Shown: positions 25,371 through 37,000 of the stretch, one piece after another
How the letters are laid out: each line of letters starts with the position of its first letter
Position numbering within the stretch: the stretch's first letter is position 1
Assembly: GCA_051294905.1 (NCBI GenBank)
Contig: CM119371.1
Coordinates: 18,788,001-18,852,000, forward strand
Length of the DNA: 64,000 bases
Source of the DNA: Botryllus schlosseri
Lineage: Eukaryota
Reading direction: 5' to 3'
Made by a program: the position numbers and the translations under genes
The notes under the pieces: model-generated
The model's input: only the letters and a program-made list of their open reading frames with translations
What the model was told of the DNA's origin: nothing
Database searches by the model: none

Positions 25371-25604
25371 CTACGACTACATACAATAAGCCTCGACATT
25401 TCGACTGTGTCCACTTTTTGAAACTACTCACCCCAGTAGCCTACTTGTTAATGTTCAATTGTTCATGGTCGAAAATGTTTGATCGTAAATATACATGTAA
25501 AACGAACAGAACAAGTTATTTCTCAGGTTGGAAAACTTGGATCCATTATTTGACGCATAAAATTTGTCTATACGTTTAGATTGAGATTTCACTTTGACAG
25601 TAGA

Positions 25605-26242
25605 AACTCTCTGCGGGCCGTATGTTGCCCGTCCCTGCGCTAGATGCTGGACGTGATATATATTCATTAAATATATGTTTCTTCATTTTGGTGTCATAAA
25701 TGTTGCGATCACACCATAAGTATCGTCGGAAGCGTTGTGCGTTAATATTCCATTAGCCTCCATCTATCTTTGTGGAAATGATTTTCGGCACTCCTCGTTT
25801 ATGTCATAACGAAGACGCGGATTTACAAGACACGGCCACCGGGCCACGTACTTCAAGAAATACAGCAACAAAATTAGCTTTGGAATAATAAAAATCTACC
25901 AACTTCCACATAAATAGTATGATGTTATTTTCAAGAAAAATTATTATTTCGCTGTTTATCATAAGCCTACAGTTCATATTTGCACAAGATGGTTGAAGGT
26001 TGCACCATGATAGATCTAAAATTGAACTAAAACTTGAGGGGGTCCGCCAGAGCCCGTGACGGTCAAAAGGGGTCCGCGAAGCCAAAAAGGTTGAGAACCA
26101 CTGCATTAGGGGTTAGTATAGGTGACAAGATAGCGTGGTTGTTCAACTGTGTGGCCTATTTTATCTCGATATTGAATTCATGCGGCCAGCGGCTTCGGAA
26201 TTTGAAAGTGGCGCGCGACCCGTTTTGAGTTGACGACCCCTG
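25605..26242. mobile_element. Cluster of orphan hAT (Charlie-like) terminal fragments
   Basis: Ends GCGGGCCGTATGTTGCCCGTCCCTG (25637), AAAAGGTTGAGAACCACTG (26103) and GAGTTGACGACCCCTG (26242) resemble hAT CAGG/CAGTG TIRs; partner ends not found. Confidence 0.5.
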
Positions 26243-26566
26243 GCATAAGCGGTGTCTTACAAAAGGCCAGGAGTGTGCCGTGCTATAAGTCGACGGTTAC
26301 GGAATCAAAAATAGGAAATATCGGCGTGGTGTAAATGATCATTGTAGTCGACAAAAACCGTGATTACCACAAATGACATTAGGATTGTGTACATCGTAAG
26401 TGCCGATAATGCATGTCTTCTCGCTTCGACGAACTACGCGTAAGCTCCACTGTCGCCTTGTGAACCACTAATTATACTGGAGTAGATGTTAACAGCGTTG
26501 CTACTACTTCTACTCAAGTGCAAACAATGATTACTTTGATCACCCTACCAACTATTGAGTATGCAG

Positions 26567-26828
26567 CGGTCTGTGGACATACGGGCATGCGACACATGAG
26601 CATGCGAGTTAAATTACGGGTTAGGGTTGAATTTAAGCTTGGGTTCGGGTAGGGCTTGGGGTCGGGATATATAGCGATTAATTTCAGTGTTATGTTTCGG
26701 GTTAGGGTTAGTTTTGGGGTTATGAAGTCACATACTGAAGTGACGCATGCTAAACTGTTCCATGCTCAAATTGCTCATGCTCAACAGTCGTTTTCCATTG
26801 TGTCGCATGCTCATATGTCGGGCAATCG
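26567..26828. mobile_element. MITE with long imperfect TIRs and internal GGGTTA-like repeats
   Basis: GACATACGGGCATGCGACACA vs TGTGTCGCATGCTCATATGTC; flanking direct repeat (G)TATGCA; CATGCTCA subterminal repeats. Confidence 0.7.
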
Positions 26829-27089
26829 TATGCAACACATCGACCAAATCTACTTTTTAAAAGTAATTAATAGAGCATATTTCAGAACTTCATTTTCGAC
26901 TTCCATTTCAAATAGATTTGACACACCTTGTAGCTTGTTACATCTACGTGTGTATAAATTCATGACATTACTTCAACTTCAGTACAAAAGATGATTACTT
27001 TGACCACCTCTGGTTTCTATATAGTCTGTTCAACGTTTTTTAGCTTCGATTGCTTTCTGAGTTTTTCCCGAGCATGGCGCAGCACCGAT

Positions 27090-28608
27090 TTTGTAGAGTA
27101 AAAGCAACGCTTGTTCTAGGTCACAGTAGTTCTTCCAAACGATCTCGGCCCCAGTCTAGAAGGCATTCTTCGTACAGCCTGCTTGACGTTGTTGCCATCA
27201 ATTGAAGACATTGTCGATCTAGAAAATTTAAATGATTAGAATAGGTTTAGTGAAGGCATTTGTCAAGAACTGAAGCCAGGTATCCACAACATCCTGTTGA
27301 AAAAACAAAAACAATGGTGTACAAGTACTAGCTTGGCACATGAGTACTCGAATCTAAATCGAGTATTAATTCGATTACCAGTAAACTCAGCCCATTGAAC
27401 CCAGCCTACGGTAAACTCGGCCTAAACCTAAGCCTCTCCAACCCTAATCTTGGGATGCACCTAATTCACGATGTGCGATCTGATCCTTGACGTTCTGCAC
27501 TCTTCGTCAACATTATACAGCTCCGTACGTTCAATATAACATTTTATACATCCGACATACGATACCGCCCTCAGTGGGAATAACATTCATGCGACATATC
27601 CGCCACCACCAATTCGCCATTGCCTTCAATTATTAATACGATTCACGACATTTATAATAATTTGTATTGACAAAGTCACCATGGGCCCAGTTCACCGAAG
27701 GCCGAGTTCAATAGGCCGAATTCGTCATGGGCCGAGTTCACTGGTCACCACTAATTCTATTGATTCGAGCCAACTAGATGACTTTTTCAAGTAGGCCTTC
27801 TGAAATTATACGCTCTTTGCCACCAAGAGTACAGTTATCAATAAAATTACATCTTTGATACCATTTTCCAATGTGGAAGTAGCATACAAAATACGTAGTA
27901 CAAAGCTATTCACTTTAGTGGAAATGACATATCTGTGAAGTCATGATTAACCCACAGCATAGTCACAAAGTGCAATGAAATATGTATCGGTCGAAAATAT
28001 ACCAAATTATCTGTAATTTAGTGTGATGTAAAACTAGCATTGCATCATTGTATGTTCTTAGTAGAAACATAAAAGATACGTTTTCAACTTTCCATAATAC
28101 TCATACTGTTATGACTGTTATCAGTATAACATCATAATGAGTGATTATCGAATACTTGACACTTAACACCAGATTCAGAATCAATCACTCTTCACTCAGG
28201 TGCTCGATTTTGCCAAGCCCTACTAATCAGAACAGAAGTGATGCAGCCAACCTGAGATATTTATGGAAATCATGTATACCAGATTAGCGTCACTGTGAAT
28301 TATGGCACACTTGGATTCAACGAAACATCAGGTCGTAGAGTTACAATATCAAAATATCATGCAGCAATTCTGAGCACCACTGGCGAAATCCTGATCGGGA
28401 ACCACCGTCACAGAGTCTATTTGCGCATTATTTATGACACTTTTTTCAGGCTAATAAATCGCTGATTAATGAACATGAACAATCATAAATCATCACTCCA
28501 ACTTACATGATTCATCTTCTTAATCCATGGACAATGCACGACTGGGATGCGTTGCTCCGAAGTTGTAAAGTACTATATAACATTGCCTGTTCCATATTTA
28601 GACTCCTG
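27090..28608 (-). pseudogene. Probable decayed multi-exon accessory gene of the transposon (DUF4806-like)
   Basis: Manual translation of AG/GT-flanked segments gives VI*YFTTSEQRIPVVHCPWI, Y*PEKK and MSSIDGNNVKQAVRRMPSRLG/EIVWKNY; stops and frameshifts present; family recognised from memory only. Confidence 0.4.
27373..27749. mobile_element. MITE with 8-bp TSD and AACTCGGCC subterminal repeats (possibly MULE-derived)
   Basis: GATTACCAGTAAACTCAGCCCAT vs ATGGGCCGAGTTCACTGGTCACC; TSD ATTAATTC/ACTAATTC. Confidence 0.75.
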
Positions 28609-29164
28609 CTAAAAATGAAGCGATGTTGTATACGCAGACCCATATATGCCCCTGCCTCATCCGCATTAAGAGTCCATTGATAATAAGGGTCAATAGTGTG
28701 CTTTCTTATTCATGACAACATGACTATCAGCAATCAGTCTTCCCTAGGGCCCATCTACTTTGTGAATGTCGCTGTAATGTAGGCAATGTTATTGCCGTGC
28801 AATATATTTTGTGAATGTCGGCATAATGTCTCCGAGCAATAGCCTATACTTATTGGAAGGTAATGGGCGAAATATCAAGATCAATGTCAACTCAAGGTCC
28901 GAGAAGAAGTGAAAATTCAAATGGAATAAGTATCTACTTTCACCAATTTTAAACTTTCATAATACATGACAAGGAACGCGCAAGATATCCAATGAGCTAT
29001 AAATGCGACTATAATTTTTGCGACTACTATTTCTTACCAGGGATTTCAAGATATCGTATAGATAAGCTATATGTAAATTATAAGTTATCGTTATATTGCA
29101 AGTTATAAGTAAGCATTTTAAGTATGTTGCACGGCGACATTGCCGACATTGCGACAACCCGTCT

Positions 29165-29332
29165 GCCCCATGAACATGTTAAAATCCATGTAGTATATAA
29201 TTGGTTTAGCATTAGGGTATCATTAAATTAGGCCGAGGTTAAAGTTGGGTTAACTATAATGATTGTTCCTAGAATACCCTAACATTAAACTAATAATAAA
29301 GCCATACATTTTGACATGTTCACCGAAAACCT
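29165..29332. mobile_element. Small degenerate fold-back/MITE
   Basis: TGAACATGTTAAAAT vs ATTTTGACATGTTCA, plus inner TTAGGGTAT/ATACCCTAA inverted pair; no clear TSD. Confidence 0.45.
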
Positions 29333-30944
29333 CGACTAGTTTCAATGGTTATAATGTTGTTGTGGACACAACACAAAATTACAACGAATACGATAATAAA
29401 TATGCCAGTCAATAGGATGCAAATATTCATTACCATAGGTGCAACAATAGTTTTCAGCCACAAATTCAGCAATCTCACATTCAGTAAAGGAACATCCTAT
29501 AATACACTTTCAAATTATGTAGCTATATAAACCAAGGCTATAATACATTCATCGATGCTGCATCTGGTTTGCTGCATGGATCTTGCAGTCTTTGGAAATT
29601 CTTTTCAAAGTTTTAATAGTATATACCGTACACATCAAACAGAAGTTGGATATTACAACAACATGAAACCCACTGTGCTGCAAATCGAACTTCAATGATT
29701 GCACATAATTAAATATTATCATGATCATGCTCATCGCTATATAGTATTTCAAGTACTGCATAGGTTTACGATTAGCGGCGGGTCGATTAGTTTCGTTCGT
29801 ACATCATAAACCGCGGCGCAGACGTGCCACTAGAATCATAGTAAATTCATGACGGTTATCGCAGTTAATGATGACCGAGGCTGTTGCTGTTCAATAAATA
29901 TAGCACTCAAATACCAAGCTTCCCCGCTCTCTGCCTTTCTAGTACTCATGACAGCGACAATATCAATAATAATCAATAGCACGCACAATCCATCCACGCC
30001 GTTAAATATCCTATTCTAAACTAAACCATTCCTGTGATGAACCCGTCACTCCGCCATTACTACAAAACCTGTTCTTTCAAATTCAAACTGAATCACGCGC
30101 GCGCATGCTCGCCAGACAGAAGAACGCAGTCTTTATTGGTTTTATGGTTGAATGAATTTCAAGCAACAGGCGTGCTCGGCTCGACACTCGAGACTCGACA
30201 GGTATCGGAATGCCTCATATCACTGAGCTATATGCATTATCGCTGGCCTCTTGCGCAGTACGGCCTCAATTATCGATAATAGCCGGGCAGACTGAGTAGT
30301 TCCGTGATTGGAATAGTCATCACCATACCATTATAACGGATGTCAAGTTTTCATTTCGGAAGATTTCACATGCATTGGGTATACGGTATATTTGAAATAA
30401 CATATATTTTGCCTTGATGTGGACATTTCGATCCAGTAATGTCACAATAAAATAGCTGTATGTCTCTATATCGTACATTATATCTCTAACAATGTACAAC
30501 CGCGATCATCGACAGCCGGGCTTCTGAAGTTACGCGCGATAGAAAATCATCGCCATATCATCAATCAACATTCTCGTATTCACTCCGATAGATTACAAAT
30601 GGTGAAATGTATCATGACATTCATGAGTGTATTCAGAAAACTATTTTGCATTGATTGCACAATGCACACTTGAATTCATAGAAAGTAGGGACATCCTGAC
30701 GAACTCCTGTGTAGGTGGCATCCAGGCATCACACCATTATGACATCCACTGGAATGGTCAATGGTGACTGGCACAGGAGCATTCTAAAATTCACTTCCTC
30801 TGGTAGTCACCTGGAGTTACATAAATTGACGTCCAATGTTGGGCATACTGAGCAAGTCCTCCGTAACTGATGGTGGGAGGTGGGACGAGTGGGAACAATT
30901 GTGGACATACCAGTAACTCCACGGGATATCGGGTGTTTGCTGGG

Positions 30945-31040
30945 ACCCGATCTCGTCCGATCTCGGAAGTCAAGCAACGTTGGGCCCGGTTAGTACTTGC
31001 ATGGGTGACCGGCTGGGAATACCGGGTGTAGGTAGGCGGC
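30945..31040 (+). pseudogene. 3' part of the split 5S gene
   Basis: ACCCGATCTCGTCCG...GTAGGTAGGCGGC resumes right after the right TIR, with AC duplicated. Confidence 0.95.
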
Positions 31041-34000
31041 TTTTGCATTTTTTGTGCGCAAACTCGATCGTTTTGATTGCAACTGTTTTGTATGCGCACG
31101 TAGGCCTACGTACATCTATGATTGTCATCATTTGCTGGCCGCCGCTTATTTCAATTGGTAGTTATACTAGGCCTGACACATTGTCATTATATCGAAATCT
31201 CGTGCTGTTTTCACATGACGAAAAGTGCAATAAAATAACTACTCTGACAGCGAGAGCTTACTTGTGTGTTTGTCGACAAGATACAAGAACAGAGCAGGAC
31301 GCCAATGATATTCGACCTCTAATTGGTCAGAAAGTGCCTCGGCGCAATAAGACTATCTACTATTCTGGCGTCTCGTCGACAGCATGGCGACGGAAATTGT
31401 CACATAAAACGGCACAGATCGTAACCACTGTCGCCTACGACCATACCACGTTGAATATACCCGATCTCGTCCGATCTCGGAAGTCGAGCAACGTTGGGCC
31501 CGGTTAGTACTTGCATGGGTGACCGGCTGGGAATACCGGGTGTAGTAGACGGCTTTTTCATTTTTTTCGCACAAACTCGATCAATTTGATCGCTGCGCTG
31601 TATTCACGTATGAAGTATCGCGCGAAATTTGTAATTGTAGTCGGCCTAACACATTTTCATGATATCGAAATCTCGTGCTGTTTTCACATGACGAAAATTC
31701 CAATAAAATAACTACTCTGACAGCGAGAGCTTACTTGTCTGTTTTTCGACCAGACACAAGAACAGAGCAGGACGCCAATGATATTCGACCTCTAGTTGGT
31801 CAGAAAGTGCCTCGGCGCAATAAGACTATCTATACTATTCTGGCGTCTCGTCGACAGCATGGCGACGGAAATTGTCACATAAAACGGCACAGATCGTAAC
31901 CACTGTCGCCTACGACCATACCACGTTGAATATACCCGATCTCGTCCGATCTCGGAAGTCAAGCAACGTTGGGCCCGGTTAGTACTTGCATGGGTGACCG
32001 GCTGGGAATACCGGGTGTAGTAGGCTGCTTTTTCATTTTTTTCGCACAAACTCGATCAATTTGATCGCTGCGCTGTATTCACGTATGAAGTATCGCGCGA
32101 AATTTGTAATTGTAGTCGGCCTAACACATTTTCATGATATCGCAATCTCGTGCTGTTTTGACATGACGAAAATTCCAATAAAATAACTACTCTGACAGCG
32201 AGAGCTTACTTGTCTGTTTTACGACCAGACACAAGAACAGAGCAGGACGACAATGATATTCGACTTCTAGTTGGTCAGAAAGTGCCTCGGCGCAATAAGA
32301 CTATCTACTATTCTGGCGTCTCGTCGACAGCATGGCGACGGAAATTGTCACATAAAACGGCACAGATCGTAACCACTGTCGCCTACGACCATACCGCGTT
32401 GAATATACCCGATCTCGTCCGATCTCGGAAGTCAAGCAACGTTGGGCCCGGTTAGTACTTGCATGGGTGACCGGCTGGGAATACCGGGTGTAGGTAGGCG
32501 GCTTTTGCATTTTTTGTGCGCAAACTCGATCGTTTTGATTGCAACTGTTTTGTATGCGCACGTAGGCCTACGTACAACTATGATTGTCATCATTTGCTGG
32601 CCGCCGCTTATTTCAATTGGTAGTTATACTAGGCCTGACACATTGTCATTATATCGAAATCTCGTGCTGTTTTCACATGACGAAAAGTGCAATAAAATAA
32701 CTACTCTGACAGCGAGAGCTTACTTGTGTGTTTGTCGACAAGATACAAGAACAGAGCAGGACGCCAATGATATTCGACCTCTAGTTGGTCAGAAAGTGCC
32801 TCGGCGCAATAAGACTATCTATACTATTCTGGCGTCTCGTCGACAGCATGGCGACGTAAATTGTCACTAAAAACGGCACAGATCGTAACCACTGTCGCCT
32901 ACGACCATACCACGTTGAATATACCCGATCTCGTCCGATCTCGGAAGTCAAGCAATGTTTGGCCCGGTTAGTACTTGCATGGGTGACCGGCTGGGAATAC
33001 CGGGTGTAGTAGGCGGCTTTTTCATTTTTTTCGCACAAACTCGATCAATTTGATCGCTGCGCTGTATTCACGTATGAAGTATCGCGCGAAATTTGTAATT
33101 GTAGTCGGCCTAACGCATTTTCATTATATCGCAATCGTCTTAGAGAAACGGACAATGTCACATAAAACGGCAGAAACTGTCACGATCTGTCGCCTACGAC
33201 CATACCACGTTGAATATACCCGATCTCGTCCGATCTCGGAAGTCAAGTAACGTTGGGCCCGGTTAGTACTTGCATGGGTGACCGGCTGGGAATACCGGGT
33301 GTAGTAGGCGGCTTTTTCATTTTTTTCGCACAAACTCGATCAATTTGATCGCTGCGCTGTATTCACGTATGAAGTATCGCGCGAAATTTGTAATTGTAGT
33401 CGGCCTAACACATTTTCATGATATCGAAATCTCGTGCTGTTTTTACATGACGAAAATTCCAATAAAATAACTACTCTGACAGCGAGAGCTTACTTGTCTG
33501 TTTTTCGACCAGACACAAGAACAGAGCAGGACGCCAATGATATTCGACCTCTTGTTGGTCAGAAAGTGCCTCGGCGCAATAAGACTATCTATACTATTCT
33601 GGCGTCTCGTCGACAGCATGGCGACGGAAATTGTCACATAAAACGGCACAGATCGTAACCACTGTCGCCTACGACCATACCACGTTGAATATACCCGATC
33701 TCGTCCGATCTCGGAAGTCAAGCAACGTTGGGCCCGGTTAGTACTTGCATGGGTGACCGGCTGGGAATACCGGGTGTAGTAGGCGGCATTTTCATTTTTT
33801 TCGCACAAACTCGATCAATTTGATCGCTGCGCTGTATTCACGTATGAAGTATCGCGCGAAATTTGTAATTGTAGTCGGCCTAACACATTTTCATGATATC
33901 GCAATCTCGTGCTGTTTTGACATGACGAAAATTCCAATAAAATAACTACTCTGACAGCGAGAGCTTACTTGTCTGTTTTTCGACCAGACACAAGAACAGA

Positions 34001-37000
34001 GCAGGACGACAATGATATTCGACTTCTAGTTGGTCAGAAAGTGCCTCGGCGCAATAAGACTATCTACTATTCTGGCGTTTCGTCGACAGCATGGCGACGG
34101 AAATTGTCACATAAAACGGCACAGATCGTAACCACTGTCGCCTACGACCATACCGCGTTGAATATACCCGATCTCGTCCGATCTCGGAAGTCAAGCAACG
34201 TTGGGCCCGGTTAGTACTTGCATGGGTGACCGGCTGGGAATACCGGGTGTAGGTAGGCGGCTTTTGCATTTTTTGTGCGCAAACTCGATCGTTTTGATTG
34301 CAACTGTTTTGTATGCGCACGTAGGCCTACGTACAACTATGATTGTCATCATTTGCTGGCCGCCGCTTATTTCAATTGGTAGTTATACTAGGCCTGACAC
34401 ATTGTCATTATATCGAAATCTCGTGCTGTTTTCACATGACGAAAAGTGCAATAAAATAACTACTCTGACAGCAAGAGCTTACTTGTGTGTTTGTCGACAA
34501 GATACAAGAACAGAGCAGGACGCCAATGATATTCGACCTTTAATTGGTCAGAAAGTGCCTCGGCGCAATAAGACTATCTACTATTCTGGCGTCTCGTCGA
34601 CAGCATGGCGACGGAAATTGTCACATAAAACGGCACAGATCGTAACCACTGTCGCCTACGACCATACCACGTTGAATATACCCGATCTCGTCCGATCTCG
34701 GAAGTCGAGCAACGTTGGGCCCGGTTAGTACTTGCATGGGTGACCGGCTGGGAATACCGGGTGTAGTAGACGGCTTTTTCATTTTTTTCGCACAAACTCG
34801 ATCAATTTGATCGCTGCGCTGTATTCACGTATGAAGTATCGCGCGAAATTTGTAATTGTAGTCGGCCTAACACATTTTCATGATATCGCAATCTCGTGCT
34901 GTTTTGACATGACGAAAATTCCAATAAAATAACTACTCTGACAGCGAGAGCTTACTTGTCTGTTTTTCGACCAGACACAAGAACAGAGCAGGACGCCAAT
35001 GATATTCGACCTCTAGTTGGTCAGAAAGTGCCTCGGCGCAATAAGACTATCTACTATTCTGGCGTCTCGTCGACAGCATGGCGACGGAAATTGTCACATA
35101 AAACGGCACAGATCGTAACCACTGTCGCCTACGACCATACCACGTTGAATATACCCGATCTCGTCCGATCTCGGAAGTCAAGCAACGTTGGGCCCGGTTA
35201 GTACTTGCATGGGTGACCGGCTGGGAATACCGGGTGTAGTAGACGGCTTTTTCATTTTTTTCGCACAAACTCGATCAATTTGATCGCTGCGCTGTATTCA
35301 CGTATGAAGTATCGCGCGAAATTTGTAATTGTAGTCGGCCTAACACATTTTCATGATATCGAAATCTCGTGCTGTTTTTACATGACGAAAATTCCAATAA
35401 AATAACTACTCTGACAGCGAGAGCTTACTTGTCTGTTTTTCGACCAGACACAAGAACAGAGCAGGACGCCAATGATATTCGACCTCTTGTTGGTCAGAAA
35501 GTGCCTCGGCGCAATAAGACTATCTATACTATTCTGGCGTCTCGTCGACAGCATGGCGACGGAAATTGTCACATAAAACGGCACAGATCGTAACCACTGT
35601 CGCCTACGACCATACCACGTTGAATATACCCGATCTCGTCCGATCTCGGAAGTCAAGCAACGTTGGGCCCGGTTAGTACTTGCATGGGTGACCGGCTGGG
35701 AATACCGGGTGTAGTAGGCGGCTTTTTCATTTTTTTCGCACAAACTCGATCAATTTGATCGCTGCGCTGTATTCACGTATGAAGTATCGCGCGAAATTTG
35801 TAATTGTAGTCGGCCTAACGCATTTTCATTATATCGCAATCGTCTTAGAGAAACGGACAATGTCACATAAAACGGCAGAAACTGTCTCGATCTGTCGCCT
35901 ACGACCATACCACGTTGAATATACCCGATCTCGTCCGATCTCGGAAGTCAAGTAACGTTGGGCCCGGTTAGTACTTGCATGGGTGACCGGCTGGGAATAA
36001 CGGGTGTAGTAGGCGGCATTTTCATTTTTTTCGCACAAACTCGATCAATTTGATCGCTGCGCTGTGTTCACGTATGAAGTATCGCGCGAAATTTGTAATT
36101 GTAGTCGGCCTAACGCATTTTCATTATATCGCAATCGTCTTAGAGAAACGGACAATGTCACATAAAACGGCAGAAACTGTCTCGATCTGTCGCCTACGAC
36201 CATACCACGTTGAATATACCCGATCTCGTCCGATCTCGGAAGTCAAGTAACGGTGGGCCCGGTTAGTACTTGCATGGGTGACCGGCTGGGTATACCGGGT
36301 GTAGTAGGCGGCTTTTTCATTTTTTTCGCACAAACTCGATCAATTTGATCGCTGCGCTGTATTCACGTATGAAGTATCGCGCGAAATTTGTAATTGTAGT
36401 CGGCCTAACGCATTTTCATTATACCGCAATCGTCTTAGAGAAACGGACAATGTCACATAAAACGGCAGAAACTGTCTCGATCTGTCGCCTACGACCATAC
36501 CACGTTGAATATACCCGATCTCGTCCGATCTCGGAAGTCAAGTAACGTTGGGCCCGGTTAGTACTTGCATGGGTGACCGGCTGGGAATACCGGGTGTAGT
36601 AGGCGGCTTTTTCATTTTTTTCGCACAAACTCGATCAATTTGATCGCTGCGCTGTATTCACGTATGAAGTATCGCGCGAAATTTGTAATTGTAGTCGGCC
36701 TAACACATTTTCATGATATCGAAATCTCGTGCTGTTTTTACATGACGAAAATTCCAATAAAATAACTACTCTGACAGCGAGAGCTTACTTGTCTGTTTTT
36801 CGACCAGACACAAGAACAGAGCAGGACGCCAATGATATTCGACCTCTTGTTGGTCAGAATGTGCCTCGGCGCAATAAGACTATCTATACTATTCTGGCGT
36901 CTCGTCGACAGCATGGCGACGGAAATTGTCACATAAAACGGCACAGATCGTAACCACTGTCGCCTACGACCATACCACGTTGAATATACCCGATCTCGTC

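Larger units (their letters stand above)
23006..30944. mobile_element. Non-autonomous TIR DNA transposon, CACTA/EnSpm (CMC)-like, 7939 bp
   Basis: Termini CCCAGCAAACAC...GTGTTTGCTGGG (12-bp perfect, imperfect to ~30 bp), 2-bp TSD AC (23004-23005 / 30945-30946), GGACGTC-type subterminal repeats, no long ORF. The superfamily is inferred from TIR/TSD style. Confidence 0.88.

Noticed and set aside
26615..26722. TTAGGG-like repeats as an interstitial telomere
   Set aside because: Few, degenerate, and enclosed within a TIR/TSD-bounded MITE.
23653..30279. Short ORFs inside the transposon listed in the ORF track
   Set aside because: No recognisable domains; several overlap MITEs; lengths are compatible with chance.
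23006..30944. Autonomous transposon, or a Dada-type small-RNA-gene-targeting transposon
   Set aside because: No transposase ORF or DDE motifs were found, and clear TIRs with a 2-bp TSD do not fit Dada, which lacks TIRs.
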